From: a bacterium
GTDB lineage: Bacteria > Zhuqueibacterota > Zhuqueibacteria > Zhuqueibacterales > Zhuqueibacteraceae
Direction: 5' to 3'
Length of the DNA: 14,827 bases
NCBI GenBank assembly: GCA_044869275.1
Contig: JBIOXB010000202.1
Span: 1-14,827 of the forward strand
The notes under the pieces are model-generated. The model did not search any database. It saw nothing but the letters and a program-made list of their open reading frames with translations, and was not told the origin of the DNA. A program made the translations under genes and the position numbers. Of this stretch, positions 8,133 to 14,827 are shown one piece after another (positions within the stretch are counted from its first letter, which is position 1; each line of letters begins with the position of its first letter).

Positions 8133-8236
8133 CAAAAACCCAAAGCACAAAGTCCAAAGCACAAATGAATTGCGGAATGAAGTCAATGCATAGTTTGAGC
8201 TTTTGGATTTTGTGCTTTGTGCTTTGAGTTTTGTTC
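8133..8236. repeat. Inverted heptamer tandem-repeat array between convergent genes; probable bidirectional terminator role
   Basis: CAAAGCA-like units at 8133-8165 face six TTTGTGC-like units at 8194-8236. Confidence 0.85.
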
Positions 8237-8247
8237 TTCGTTTCGTG

Positions 8248-8880
8248 CTACCTCCGGGCGTGAATTTCAAAACGGGGAGAAAACTCCAAATCAAGATTCA
8301 GATAAGCCCCATCATGATACATCATGAACTCGTGTTCGCCGTCTCCAATATTGGGCAAAATGCAGAGATGAAATTTCTGGCTGCCGATTTTGAGCTCGAT
8401 CGGCTCCAATGCGTTGATCTTCCGCCGGACTTCGTCCAGAATATTTTCCAGATCAAAATTCAGAGATTTGCCCAGGTTCGGCAGGAAGCTTCTGTTGACC
8501 AATGCCCGCGCAAATGCCTTTAAAAACCAGGGCAGCAGCGGGAATTCGATTTCCTTGATGCTCGCGTGCCGCAGGGCCAGCTTTTGGTCCGCGATGACCG
8601 GCTTGCACGACAACACCAACCGGGTCCCACCGAATCTGAACTCGCCGCCGGGATCCAAGACAATTCTGCCCGCCAGCTGCATCGCAATTTGCAGGTGATT
8701 GCCCAGACCGTATTTCATGGAAAGCTTGACCGCGCTGAGCGGATCGGTGTCATGCTGCCGGTATTGAATTCGCTTCAGCAGCCAGATCTCTCCCGGTTCC
8801 AATTGGATGATGATCTTGTCCGGGACGGGTATTTCTTTGTAATCGAGTTTTAAAGCGATGCGAACGGAAGCCTGGTGCAT
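8248..8880 (-). CDS. Hypothetical protein, 210 aa; possibly DUF4403/TULIP-like lipid-binding fold
   Basis: Starts 7 nt after the acyltransferase stop, same strand. Beta-rich alternating hydrophobic segments followed by a long amphipathic helix (SLNFDLENILDEVRRKIN). The fold call is tentative. Confidence 0.7.
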   Translation of the reverse strand: MHQASVRIALKLDYKEIPVPDKIIIQLEPGEIWLLKRIQYRQHDTDPLSAVKLSMKYGLGNHLQIAMQLAGRIVLDPGGEFRFGGTRLVLSCKPVIADQKLALRHASIKEIEFPLLPWFLKAFARALVNRSFLPNLGKSLNFDLENILDEVRRKINALEPIELKIGSQKFHLCILPNIGDGEHEFMMYHDGAYLNLDLEFSPRFEIHARR

Positions 8881-8887
8881 GGTCTCA

Positions 8888-10012
8888 TCACTTGTTGTTG
8901 TATCCGCGCCAGAGAATGGGAATCCATCCCAAGATGGGTAGAAAAAACGCGAAACTCAATGGGCGTTTGAAAAAGGCCTTGATGCCTGAAAGCAGGTTCA
9001 ATTCCCAAGCCTCTCCGTCTCCGGCGAGGCAGCGCCGCTCCCATTCGGCAAACAATGAAGGCCAGAAAAATGGCAAAAAATAGGGGAATTTTTTGAGGTT
9101 TTTGTGGCATGCGCCCATGAACTCCCTGGCGGCGTAGGGCTTTTTGCCATATTGCTGCACCGCTTCACGCAATTCTCTCTGCATCTGTTGGCGCACCACC
9201 TCCGTCAAGCGGCGCACTTCTGCTTCACTCATTTCATCCACCGGCTTGTCCACCATCTCATACGGCTTGATGGGCTTGCCCATCACATACGTCAGCTTGG
9301 CGGGAAAGCCAAAATAAAACAACCAGGGCTGAAATGGGATGAGAACAGTCATCAAGCCGATGGGCAGAAACGGAATGCCGATTTTTTTCGCGAGTTTATT
9401 GATGGTTTCCGAATGATAGGCGTAGGGATTGATGTATTCGCCGTTGACCGTGGCAAAGGGAATAATGTCGGTCTTGAATTTCAAGCTCATGCGGATAAAG
9501 GAGCTGGCGAATCTCTGCAACTGGTATCGCTTGTCGAAGCCTTTGCCGATGCCGGGCACGCCCTCGGGATAAATCAAGAGATTAGCATCGGGGCAATGCA
9601 TCATCGCTTCAAAATTCAAAGAAGTCGCTTCCACCCCTCCGGCTTTTTTCCAGAAATTCGCCACCAAGAAGGGATTCATCAAAGTAGTCTGCGAGAGCAT
9701 CGGTGCGGTCAGCGGGCGCACCGCCTTGCTGAAATCGTATCCGTTGCGCTTCAAAAGTTGTGAAGTGAAAATGATGCCGTCCCACGGAAAGGCCATGCCC
9801 GCATGATTACTGGCAAAAATCAAAGGACGTTCCGGATTGTTTCTTTCCGGAGTAGGATCGAAGCCGACGAATTCCGAACGAAAGTAGTATTGGTCGAGCG
9901 GGTCGAGCACGTTTTTGACCAGACCAATCACAAATTCAAGGTCCAAAAACTCCGTGCCGATGCCTTGGTTAGGGCGAATGTGGCTATGAACTTCTGTTTC
10001 AAACATGGCCAT
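8888..10012 (-). CDS. Lysophospholipid/glycerolipid acyltransferase superfamily protein (LPLAT, MGAT/DGAT2-like subgroup)
   Basis: LIFASNHAGMAFPWDG (catalytic His/Asp with long spacing), LLIYPEGVPG, FIRMSL-DIIPF and MGKPI motifs; hydrophobic Pro/Trp-rich C-terminus. Confidence 0.88.
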   Translation of the reverse strand: MAMFETEVHSHIRPNQGIGTEFLDLEFVIGLVKNVLDPLDQYYFRSEFVGFDPTPERNNPERPLIFASNHAGMAFPWDGIIFTSQLLKRNGYDFSKAVRPLTAPMLSQTTLMNPFLVANFWKKAGGVEATSLNFEAMMHCPDANLLIYPEGVPGIGKGFDKRYQLQRFASSFIRMSLKFKTDIIPFATVNGEYINPYAYHSETINKLAKKIGIPFLPIGLMTVLIPFQPWLFYFGFPAKLTYVMGKPIKPYEMVDKPVDEMSEAEVRRLTEVVRQQMQRELREAVQQYGKKPYAAREFMGACHKNLKKFPYFLPFFWPSLFAEWERRCLAGDGEAWELNLLSGIKAFFKRPLSFAFFLPILGWIPILWRGYNNK

Positions 10013-10060
10013 CTACAGTTTGCTTTGCACAGACTAAAGTGATCTATGCAATTGCCACTT

Positions 10061-10077
10061 TGCAACAATCACGCCGG
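10061..10077 (-). promoter_or_regulatory. Putative sigma54 (-24/-12) promoter for the acyltransferase gene pair
   Basis: Minus strand CCGGCGTGATTGTTGCA, i.e. GG-N10-GC with TTGCA, ~50 nt upstream of ATG 10012. Confidence 0.55.
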
Positions 10078-10337
10078 TGCTCCCATAAACTTGAAAACAA
10101 ATTATTAAAAGCTTAGATGAAGTGCTCAAAGAACTGGTCGAAATAGTTCTCAACTCTGGGAAAATCATAATGCAAAGATGAACGATTCGGGTGTGACGAG
10201 GCTGGAGTCAAATTAGAAGTGTTCTCCAAGCGCTGCATAAGAACCGTGGAAGATCCCGAAGTGTGGGATGACAGTTTGAGAGATGTGGTTTTAACTAAAC
10301 ATTGTCATGCTCTTGAATCGTGGTTCGTTTAAAAAAT

Positions 10338-10390
10338 TTACGCATCGCGTCAAAAAAGGACTTGACTATTATGACGCATTGTGCTATAAT
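10338..10390 (+). promoter_or_regulatory. Distal sigma70 promoter P1 of phaR with two palindromic boxes
   Basis: TTGACT (10362-10367), 17 nt, TATAAT (10385-10390); boxes TTACGC-atc-GCGTCA (10338-10352) and TGACGC-att-GTGCTA (10372-10386). Confidence 0.8.
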
Positions 10391-10479
10391 AAATACCAGA
10401 CGATTACACAATGTCGAAAATACTCTTTATATATAGAGTAAATATTGAAAATCACTCAAAAGGATGCTTAGACAAATTA

Positions 10480-10531
10480 TTACGCGATGCGTTAAATTTC
10501 TCTTGACAATGATGACGCAGTGTGTTATATT
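10480..10531 (+). promoter_or_regulatory. Proximal sigma70 promoter P2 of phaR with two palindromic boxes
   Basis: TTGACA (10503-10508), 17 nt, TATATT (10526-10531); boxes TTACGC-gat-GCGTTA (10480-10494) and TGACGC-agt-GTGTTA (10513-10527). Confidence 0.8.
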
Positions 10532-10543
10532 CGGAGCCAGAAA

Positions 10544-10975
10544 ATGAGCAGGTTGATCAAACGCTACGAGAACCGCAAACTGTACGACACCGCCGAGCGC
10601 CAGTATGTATCATTGGAAGAGATTGCCGGTCTCATTCGCCAAGGGGCCGATGTGCAAGTGATTGATAACAATAGTGGCGAAGATATCACCACGCAAACAC
10701 TGACCCAGGTCATTTTTGAAGAAGGCAAAAAGGGTCGCAATCCCTTATCAAAAGATTTGCTTCATGATTTGATTCGTCTAGGCAACACGATCATCGGTGG
10801 TGGCCTGCAACAAGTACGCCAGGGATTGGACAAATTGATGCCCGACTCCCTCAACAGGATTTTGAGCGTCGATCACTCCGAAGATCTCAAACAGTTACAA
10901 AAGCGCGTCGAATCTTTGGAAGCAATTATCAGGGCCCTCGCCAATCACACCCCGGAGAAATCAAGCGAGGAGTAG
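10544..10975 (+). CDS. phaR: PhaR-type polyhydroxyalkanoate synthesis regulator (N-terminal DNA-binding domain), 143 aa
   Basis: MSRLIKRYENRKLYDT-YVSL-VID-GEDITTQTLTQVIFE is the PhaR N-terminal signature; GGAG before ATG 10544; C-terminal coiled-coil pattern. Confidence 0.9.
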   Translation: MSRLIKRYENRKLYDTAERQYVSLEEIAGLIRQGADVQVIDNNSGEDITTQTLTQVIFEEGKKGRNPLSKDLLHDLIRLGNTIIGGGLQQVRQGLDKLMPDSLNRILSVDHSEDLKQLQKRVESLEAIIRALANHTPEKSSEE

Positions 10976-11155
10976 CGCAGACTTCCAGAGCAATGCTGGT
11001 AACTCTTCAAAAAAGGCAAGCCGATTTTGGGCAAAACAATTAGAAAGTTCATCGCGCGCGCTTTCATATTCCTAACTCTGCAAAAAAACGTGAAAAGAAA
11101 AAATCTGATTTAGCAGTAAGTCCAAGATAATGCGTCGATCTTGGCGGAGCCAGTT

Positions 11156-11172
11156 CTGGCCCGTCTCTTGCA
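11156..11172 (+). promoter_or_regulatory. Putative sigma54 (-24/-12) promoter for the phasin gene
   Basis: CTGGCCCGTCTCTTGCA against consensus YTGGCACGN4TTGCW (one mismatch), ~80 nt before ATG 11254. Confidence 0.7.
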
Positions 11173-11253
11173 TATTCAAATCAGCCAGGAAAAGCTGAAA
11201 CCAGAAGCAAGGATATGTGCAATTCAAATGATGTCCATGGAAAGGAGAACGTC

Positions 11254-11754
11254 ATGATTACTGAAAAAGCAACCCTCGAACAAAAACCCGGCACGGAAGT
11301 TCAAGAAGATGAGAAGGGCACACTCGAGCTGCTGCAAGAAGGCATTTCCAAAACTTCACGTGAGATCTGGCTGGCGGGGTTGGGGATTTTTTCCACGATC
11401 GACAAAGAAGGCACCAAGCTCTTCAATCGCTTCGTGGAAAGAGGGCGCGAAATGATAGAAAGAAACGGCGAACCCACGATCGCCGCGAAAAAGAACGGCG
11501 AGCCTCCCCCGGCCACTTTTGTCAGCGACAAGGTGGATCAAATCACGCATGATGTCTTTTCGCGGCTGGATCACGCCGCCGAATACGTGCGGAAAACCCT
11601 CTTCGGGCCCGCCGAGCCTTATGCCAAGCCTTCCAAGGACGAGGTGAAAACACTGTCCGAGAAAGTCGACAAACTGACCGATAGCGTGGCAATGCTCGTG
11701 CAGAAAATGGAAGACACGGCGAAATCCGGTGCCCGGGCGAAAACCGGCATGTAA
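11254..11754 (+). CDS. Phasin, PhaF/PhaI-type granule-associated protein, 166 aa
   Basis: SREIWLAGLG-EGTKLFNRFVERG signature and C-terminal PSKDEVKTLSEKVDKL coil; AAGGAG RBS before ATG 11254. Confidence 0.88.
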   Translation: MITEKATLEQKPGTEVQEDEKGTLELLQEGISKTSREIWLAGLGIFSTIDKEGTKLFNRFVERGREMIERNGEPTIAAKKNGEPPPATFVSDKVDQITHDVFSRLDHAAEYVRKTLFGPAEPYAKPSKDEVKTLSEKVDKLTDSVAMLVQKMEDTAKSGARAKTGM

Positions 11755-11923
11755 CGCGAGCTATGCAAAGCCTGATCACTGAATGGCAAAGCTGATCGGC
11801 CGGTGTTCGGTTAGCTGTCAGAGTAGTCTTGTAGGCGGTATTGGTAATTTGAGGTCATCGCCGGCCGGTCAGCCTGTTTCCGGCAAACGCGAGATTACAT
11901 TTGCTCCAAGCGCCGGAAGAGTG

Positions 11924-11959
11924 CAGAAAAAGCTGTCAGTCGTGAGACAGCTTTTTCTG
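11924..11959. terminator. Perfect 14-bp hairpin, intrinsic-terminator-like, between the phasin and kinase genes
   Basis: CAGAAAAAGCTGTC, 8-nt loop, GACAGCTTTTTCTG, followed by TTT. Confidence 0.7.
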
Positions 11960-12005
11960 TTTATAGACGGAGTTCCGCAGCAGTCAAGCAAGCACTCCAG
12001 AAACG

Positions 12006-13748
12006 ATGCCAACACCCATGCCCATGACCGCCCGGGGAGTGGAAGATATCTTGGTGTCTTCCGCCGAAAAGCACGTGGCGTACCACGGCACAAACCACAA
12101 ATATGCCAAGAAACCCCGGGCCTTTTGGTCTAGGCCCGCGCCTCACCGCCGGGTGTGGAGCCGCTTTTTCCTTCTGTACCGCCATGTCTTCGGCTTGCTG
12201 ATGGGTTATCATGTGGCGTACGTCAACGACCTTCCGCCCTTCAAAAGGAAGTATCTGCGTTCCGCGGGTGCGCGTTTTTTCGCTGCTTTGCTGCGCCCCT
12301 GCTTAAAAAAAGAGCTGCGCGATAAAACCTTTGCCGTGCAGTTACGGCGGCGGTTGGAACTGCTGGGGCCAACGTATATCAAGCTCGGCCAGATCATGGC
12401 CATTCGCGAAGACATCTTGCCCAGGAATATTACCGAGGAGCTGAAGAAGCTGCTGGATCGCCTGCCGGAAGTGCGGTTCGAGACGATTCGGGAAATCATC
12501 GCCGTAAGTCTGGGCGCTGCCCTGGAGGATTTGTTTTTGGAAATCCGGCCCGAGCCCATCGGCTCCGCTTCCATCGCGCAAACGCATTTGGCCACGACTA
12601 CGGCCGGGGAAACCTTGGTTATTAAAGTCATCAAACCCGGCATTCGTCAGGCCATTCTTTCGGACATCAAACTGCTGCAAATCCTCGCCGGCTTGCTGGA
12701 ATGGCTCCTCCCGCGTTATCAACCCAAAATGATCATCGATGAATTCTGCGCCTACACCGAGAGGGAGATTGATCTGACTTATGAGGCCGATCACGCCGAG
12801 ATCTTTGCCGCCAACTTTGCGCATCAACCCGAGGTGGTTTTCCCCAAGATCTATCGCCACTTGAGCTCGCCGGATGTGCTGTGCATGGAATACTTCGATG
12901 GCTTGAAGCCGAGCGATCCCCAGGTGATGGATTTCAGCAAGGAGGATCTACAAAAAATCATCGATCTCGGCGCCGGCGCGATCATCAAGATGTTGTATGC
13001 CGATGGATTTTTTCATGCCGATTTGCACACCGGAAATTTGATCGTGCTGCCCGGGCCCAAGGTCGGTTTCATCGATCTCGGCATGGTGGGCCGCTTTGAC
13101 GAGAAGATGAAGCTCAGCATGTTGTACTATTTCTACTCGCTGGTCAATGGCGAGGTCGAAGGCTCGGCCAAATACCTGATGGCCATGGCTCGCATCGGCG
13201 AAGACGGTGACGCGGCGGGATTCAAGCGCGCGTTGTCGGACTTGTTTCGCCGTTATCTCCTACGCAAAGCGGATGGCAGCCTGAGCCTGGCGCAGCTCAT
13301 TCTCGAATCGCTCAAAATCGGCGGCAAGTATCGCATCTTCTTTCCGGTGGAATTGACGTTGATGGTCAAAGCGCTGGTGACGTTCGAAGGCGTGGGCTTG
13401 CAGCTGGATCCCAATTTGGACGTGCCCGGACTTTCGCGCAAGCATATTCGCGCCATTTACACCGAACATTACGACCCGCTGCGCTTGTTCCAGCAATTCG
13501 TGAATGGCTTGCCGGAACTGGTGGATGTGATGGTGCGTACGCCCGAGTTTATTGCGGAAAGCGCGCGCTATTTGCAGCAGGTTTTCAGCACGCCTAGACA
13601 TGAGAATCCCCTGCACGGCCTCAGAAGCGGACTGATGGCGGGATCGTGCATTATCGGAGGCGTCATCGCCTTGACCGCAGGCGCGCCTCCGCTGTTATGG
13701 ATAGGGTTGTTCGTTTCGAGCGTGGTTTTCTTTTTCTTTGGGAAATAA
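12006..13748 (+). CDS. UbiB/AarF/ABC1 atypical kinase family protein with C-terminal membrane anchor
   Basis: LGPTYIKLGQ (KxGQ), PIGSASIAQ (Ala-rich loop), VIKV, E-DLTYEA, GFFHADLHTGN and FIDLGMVG; two hydrophobic C-terminal helices. Confidence 0.95.
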   Translation: MPTPMPMTARGVEDILVSSAEKHVAYHGTNHKYAKKPRAFWSRPAPHRRVWSRFFLLYRHVFGLLMGYHVAYVNDLPPFKRKYLRSAGARFFAALLRPCLKKELRDKTFAVQLRRRLELLGPTYIKLGQIMAIREDILPRNITEELKKLLDRLPEVRFETIREIIAVSLGAALEDLFLEIRPEPIGSASIAQTHLATTTAGETLVIKVIKPGIRQAILSDIKLLQILAGLLEWLLPRYQPKMIIDEFCAYTEREIDLTYEADHAEIFAANFAHQPEVVFPKIYRHLSSPDVLCMEYFDGLKPSDPQVMDFSKEDLQKIIDLGAGAIIKMLYADGFFHADLHTGNLIVLPGPKVGFIDLGMVGRFDEKMKLSMLYYFYSLVNGEVEGSAKYLMAMARIGEDGDAAGFKRALSDLFRRYLLRKADGSLSLAQLILESLKIGGKYRIFFPVELTLMVKALVTFEGVGLQLDPNLDVPGLSRKHIRAIYTEHYDPLRLFQQFVNGLPELVDVMVRTPEFIAESARYLQQVFSTPRHENPLHGLRSGLMAGSCIIGGVIALTAGAPPLLWIGLFVSSVVFFFFGK

Positions 13749-13778
13749 AACTTCTGGATCATCCGGGCGATTAGCCAA

Positions 13779-13937
13779 TCTAACTTAGCTTGACAATGTT
13801 AAGTTAAAATCGCGCCTTTTCAATTTGTCATGCTGTAAGCATCTCCCCTAGGTTTGTGTGCAAGCCTCATGGGAAGATGCTTACAGCATGACAAAGACTA
13901 GAGGCTTTTTTAGCCAACTTAACATTGCCAAGTTAGA
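13779..13937. repeat. ~160-bp nested palindromic element (REP/MITE-like)
   Basis: Perfect 21-bp inner arms at 13824-13844 / 13875-13895; outer arms 13789-13805 / 13916-13932 match at 16 of 17; terminal TCTAACT/AGTTAGA; apical stem AGGTTTG/CAAGCCT. Confidence 0.85.
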
Positions 13938-14074
13938 GCAACCTCTGAAAGTCTTCTATCACTAGCGGATAAAGTTCCCGCTTTTCTTTATCCGTTGCTC
14001 TTGACCTATCGATTGGAGCCGCCCGAAGGGTTACGGTTTTTAGCTTGGTTGAAAATCCGCATGTGGAAATACAT

Positions 14075-14827
14075 ATGAAGCCCAAATATCCCATCATCCT
14101 CGCGCACGGCATCACCAGACCTGACTATCTCATCGACGTCATTTTCAAAAAACTGAACTTGCCCGATTTGAGCCTGGTCACCGATCGCCTGCATTACTTT
14201 AAAGGAGTCGCCAGCCATTTGCGCAAGCACGGCTTTGAAGTTTACACCACCAGCGTCAGCTTTGCCGCCGATGTCGAAACGCGCGCAGGTGATCTCACGC
14301 GCGAGATTCGGAGAATTCTTGCCGATAACGGGCATGAAAAAGTGCACATCATCGGCCACAGCATGGGTGGTTTGGACGCGCGCCATATGATCGTCAACGA
14401 GCAGATGGGGGATCAAGTCGCGACCGTGACCACCATCGGTACGCCGCATCTGGGCGCGAGTGTGGCCGATTGGTTCATGGCAAACGGTTTCGACAAAATC
14501 ATCGGCTCGCTGCGCAAAGTCATCAATCTGGAAGGCTTCCAGAGTCTGACCACCGCTGCCTGCCGGCATTTTAACGAGATTGCCCGCCATGCCGAAGCCA
14601 CCAACGCCGTGGTGTACCAAACCTACGCGGGCTGGCAAAAGCGAGAATTGACTTTTCTGCCGTTTCAAAAAACGTGGCAGATCACTTTTGACCAGGAAGG
14701 CGACAACGATGGCCTGGTCTCAGCCAAGTCGCAACATTGGCAGGAGCGGTTGGTGGGCGACGGCGGCACGGTCAAGCTCATCGAGCAACGCGATTTTCCC
14801 GTGCCGGCCGACCATGTCAATCAAATG
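14075..14827 (+). CDS. Triacylglycerol lipase/esterase (family I-like alpha/beta hydrolase), no signal peptide, truncated by the window edge
   Basis: Hand translation: MKPKYPIILAHG (oxyanion motif), KVHIIGHSMGGLDAR (Ser codon 14360-14362), VTTIGTPHLG, NDGLVS (Asp 14708-14710) and PADHVNQ (His 14813-14815). Confidence 0.93.
   Translation, partial: MKPKYPIILAHGITRPDYLIDVIFKKLNLPDLSLVTDRLHYFKGVASHLRKHGFEVYTTSVSFAADVETRAGDLTREIRRILADNGHEKVHIIGHSMGGLDARHMIVNEQMGDQVATVTTIGTPHLGASVADWFMANGFDKIIGSLRKVINLEGFQSLTTAACRHFNEIARHAEATNAVVYQTYAGWQKRELTFLPFQKTWQITFDQEGDNDGLVSAKSQHWQERLVGDGGTVKLIEQRDFPVPADHVNQM

Noticed and set aside
7989..8294. ORFs 7989..8294, 8027..8227 and 8203..8523
   Set aside because: Low-complexity translations of the heptamer array overlapping real genes.
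10520..11253. ORF-track starts at 10520 (phaR) and 11215 (phasin)
   Set aside because: 10520 lies inside promoter P2; RBS position favours ATG 10544 and ATG 11254.
11760..11920. c-di-GMP-I riboswitch suggested by GGCAAA and GCAAAGC strings
   Set aside because: The GAAA-tetraloop stem and motif order are missing.
14006..14668. 220-aa minus-strand ORF
   Set aside because: Antisense shadow of the plus-strand lipase, which has a complete catalytic triad.

Overview
Bacterial lipid-metabolism region. A minus-strand run encodes a class I HMG-CoA-reductase homologue with an extra N-terminal domain, a long acyl-CoA dehydrogenase, and a PfaA-like type I PKS/FAS (KS-AT, running off the left edge and absent from the ORF track). 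The centre has an exported RMDN-like TPR protein converging on an acyltransferase plus hypothetical gene pair. The right side is a plus-strand run of PhaR-type regulator, PhaF/PhaI-type phasin, UbiB/ABC1 kinase and a lipase without signal peptide (truncated at the right edge, also absent from the ORF track). No PHA synthase and no other mevalonate gene lies in the window, which suggests (inference) a phasin-coated neutral-lipid inclusion system. Intergenic DNA is highly structured: a duplicated sigma70 promoter with four palindromic boxes before phaR, two sigma54-type promoters, three inverted 7-8 bp tandem-repeat arrays, a ~160 bp nested palindrome with dispersed end copies, and a 19-aa upstream ORF plus hairpin ahead of the reductase.
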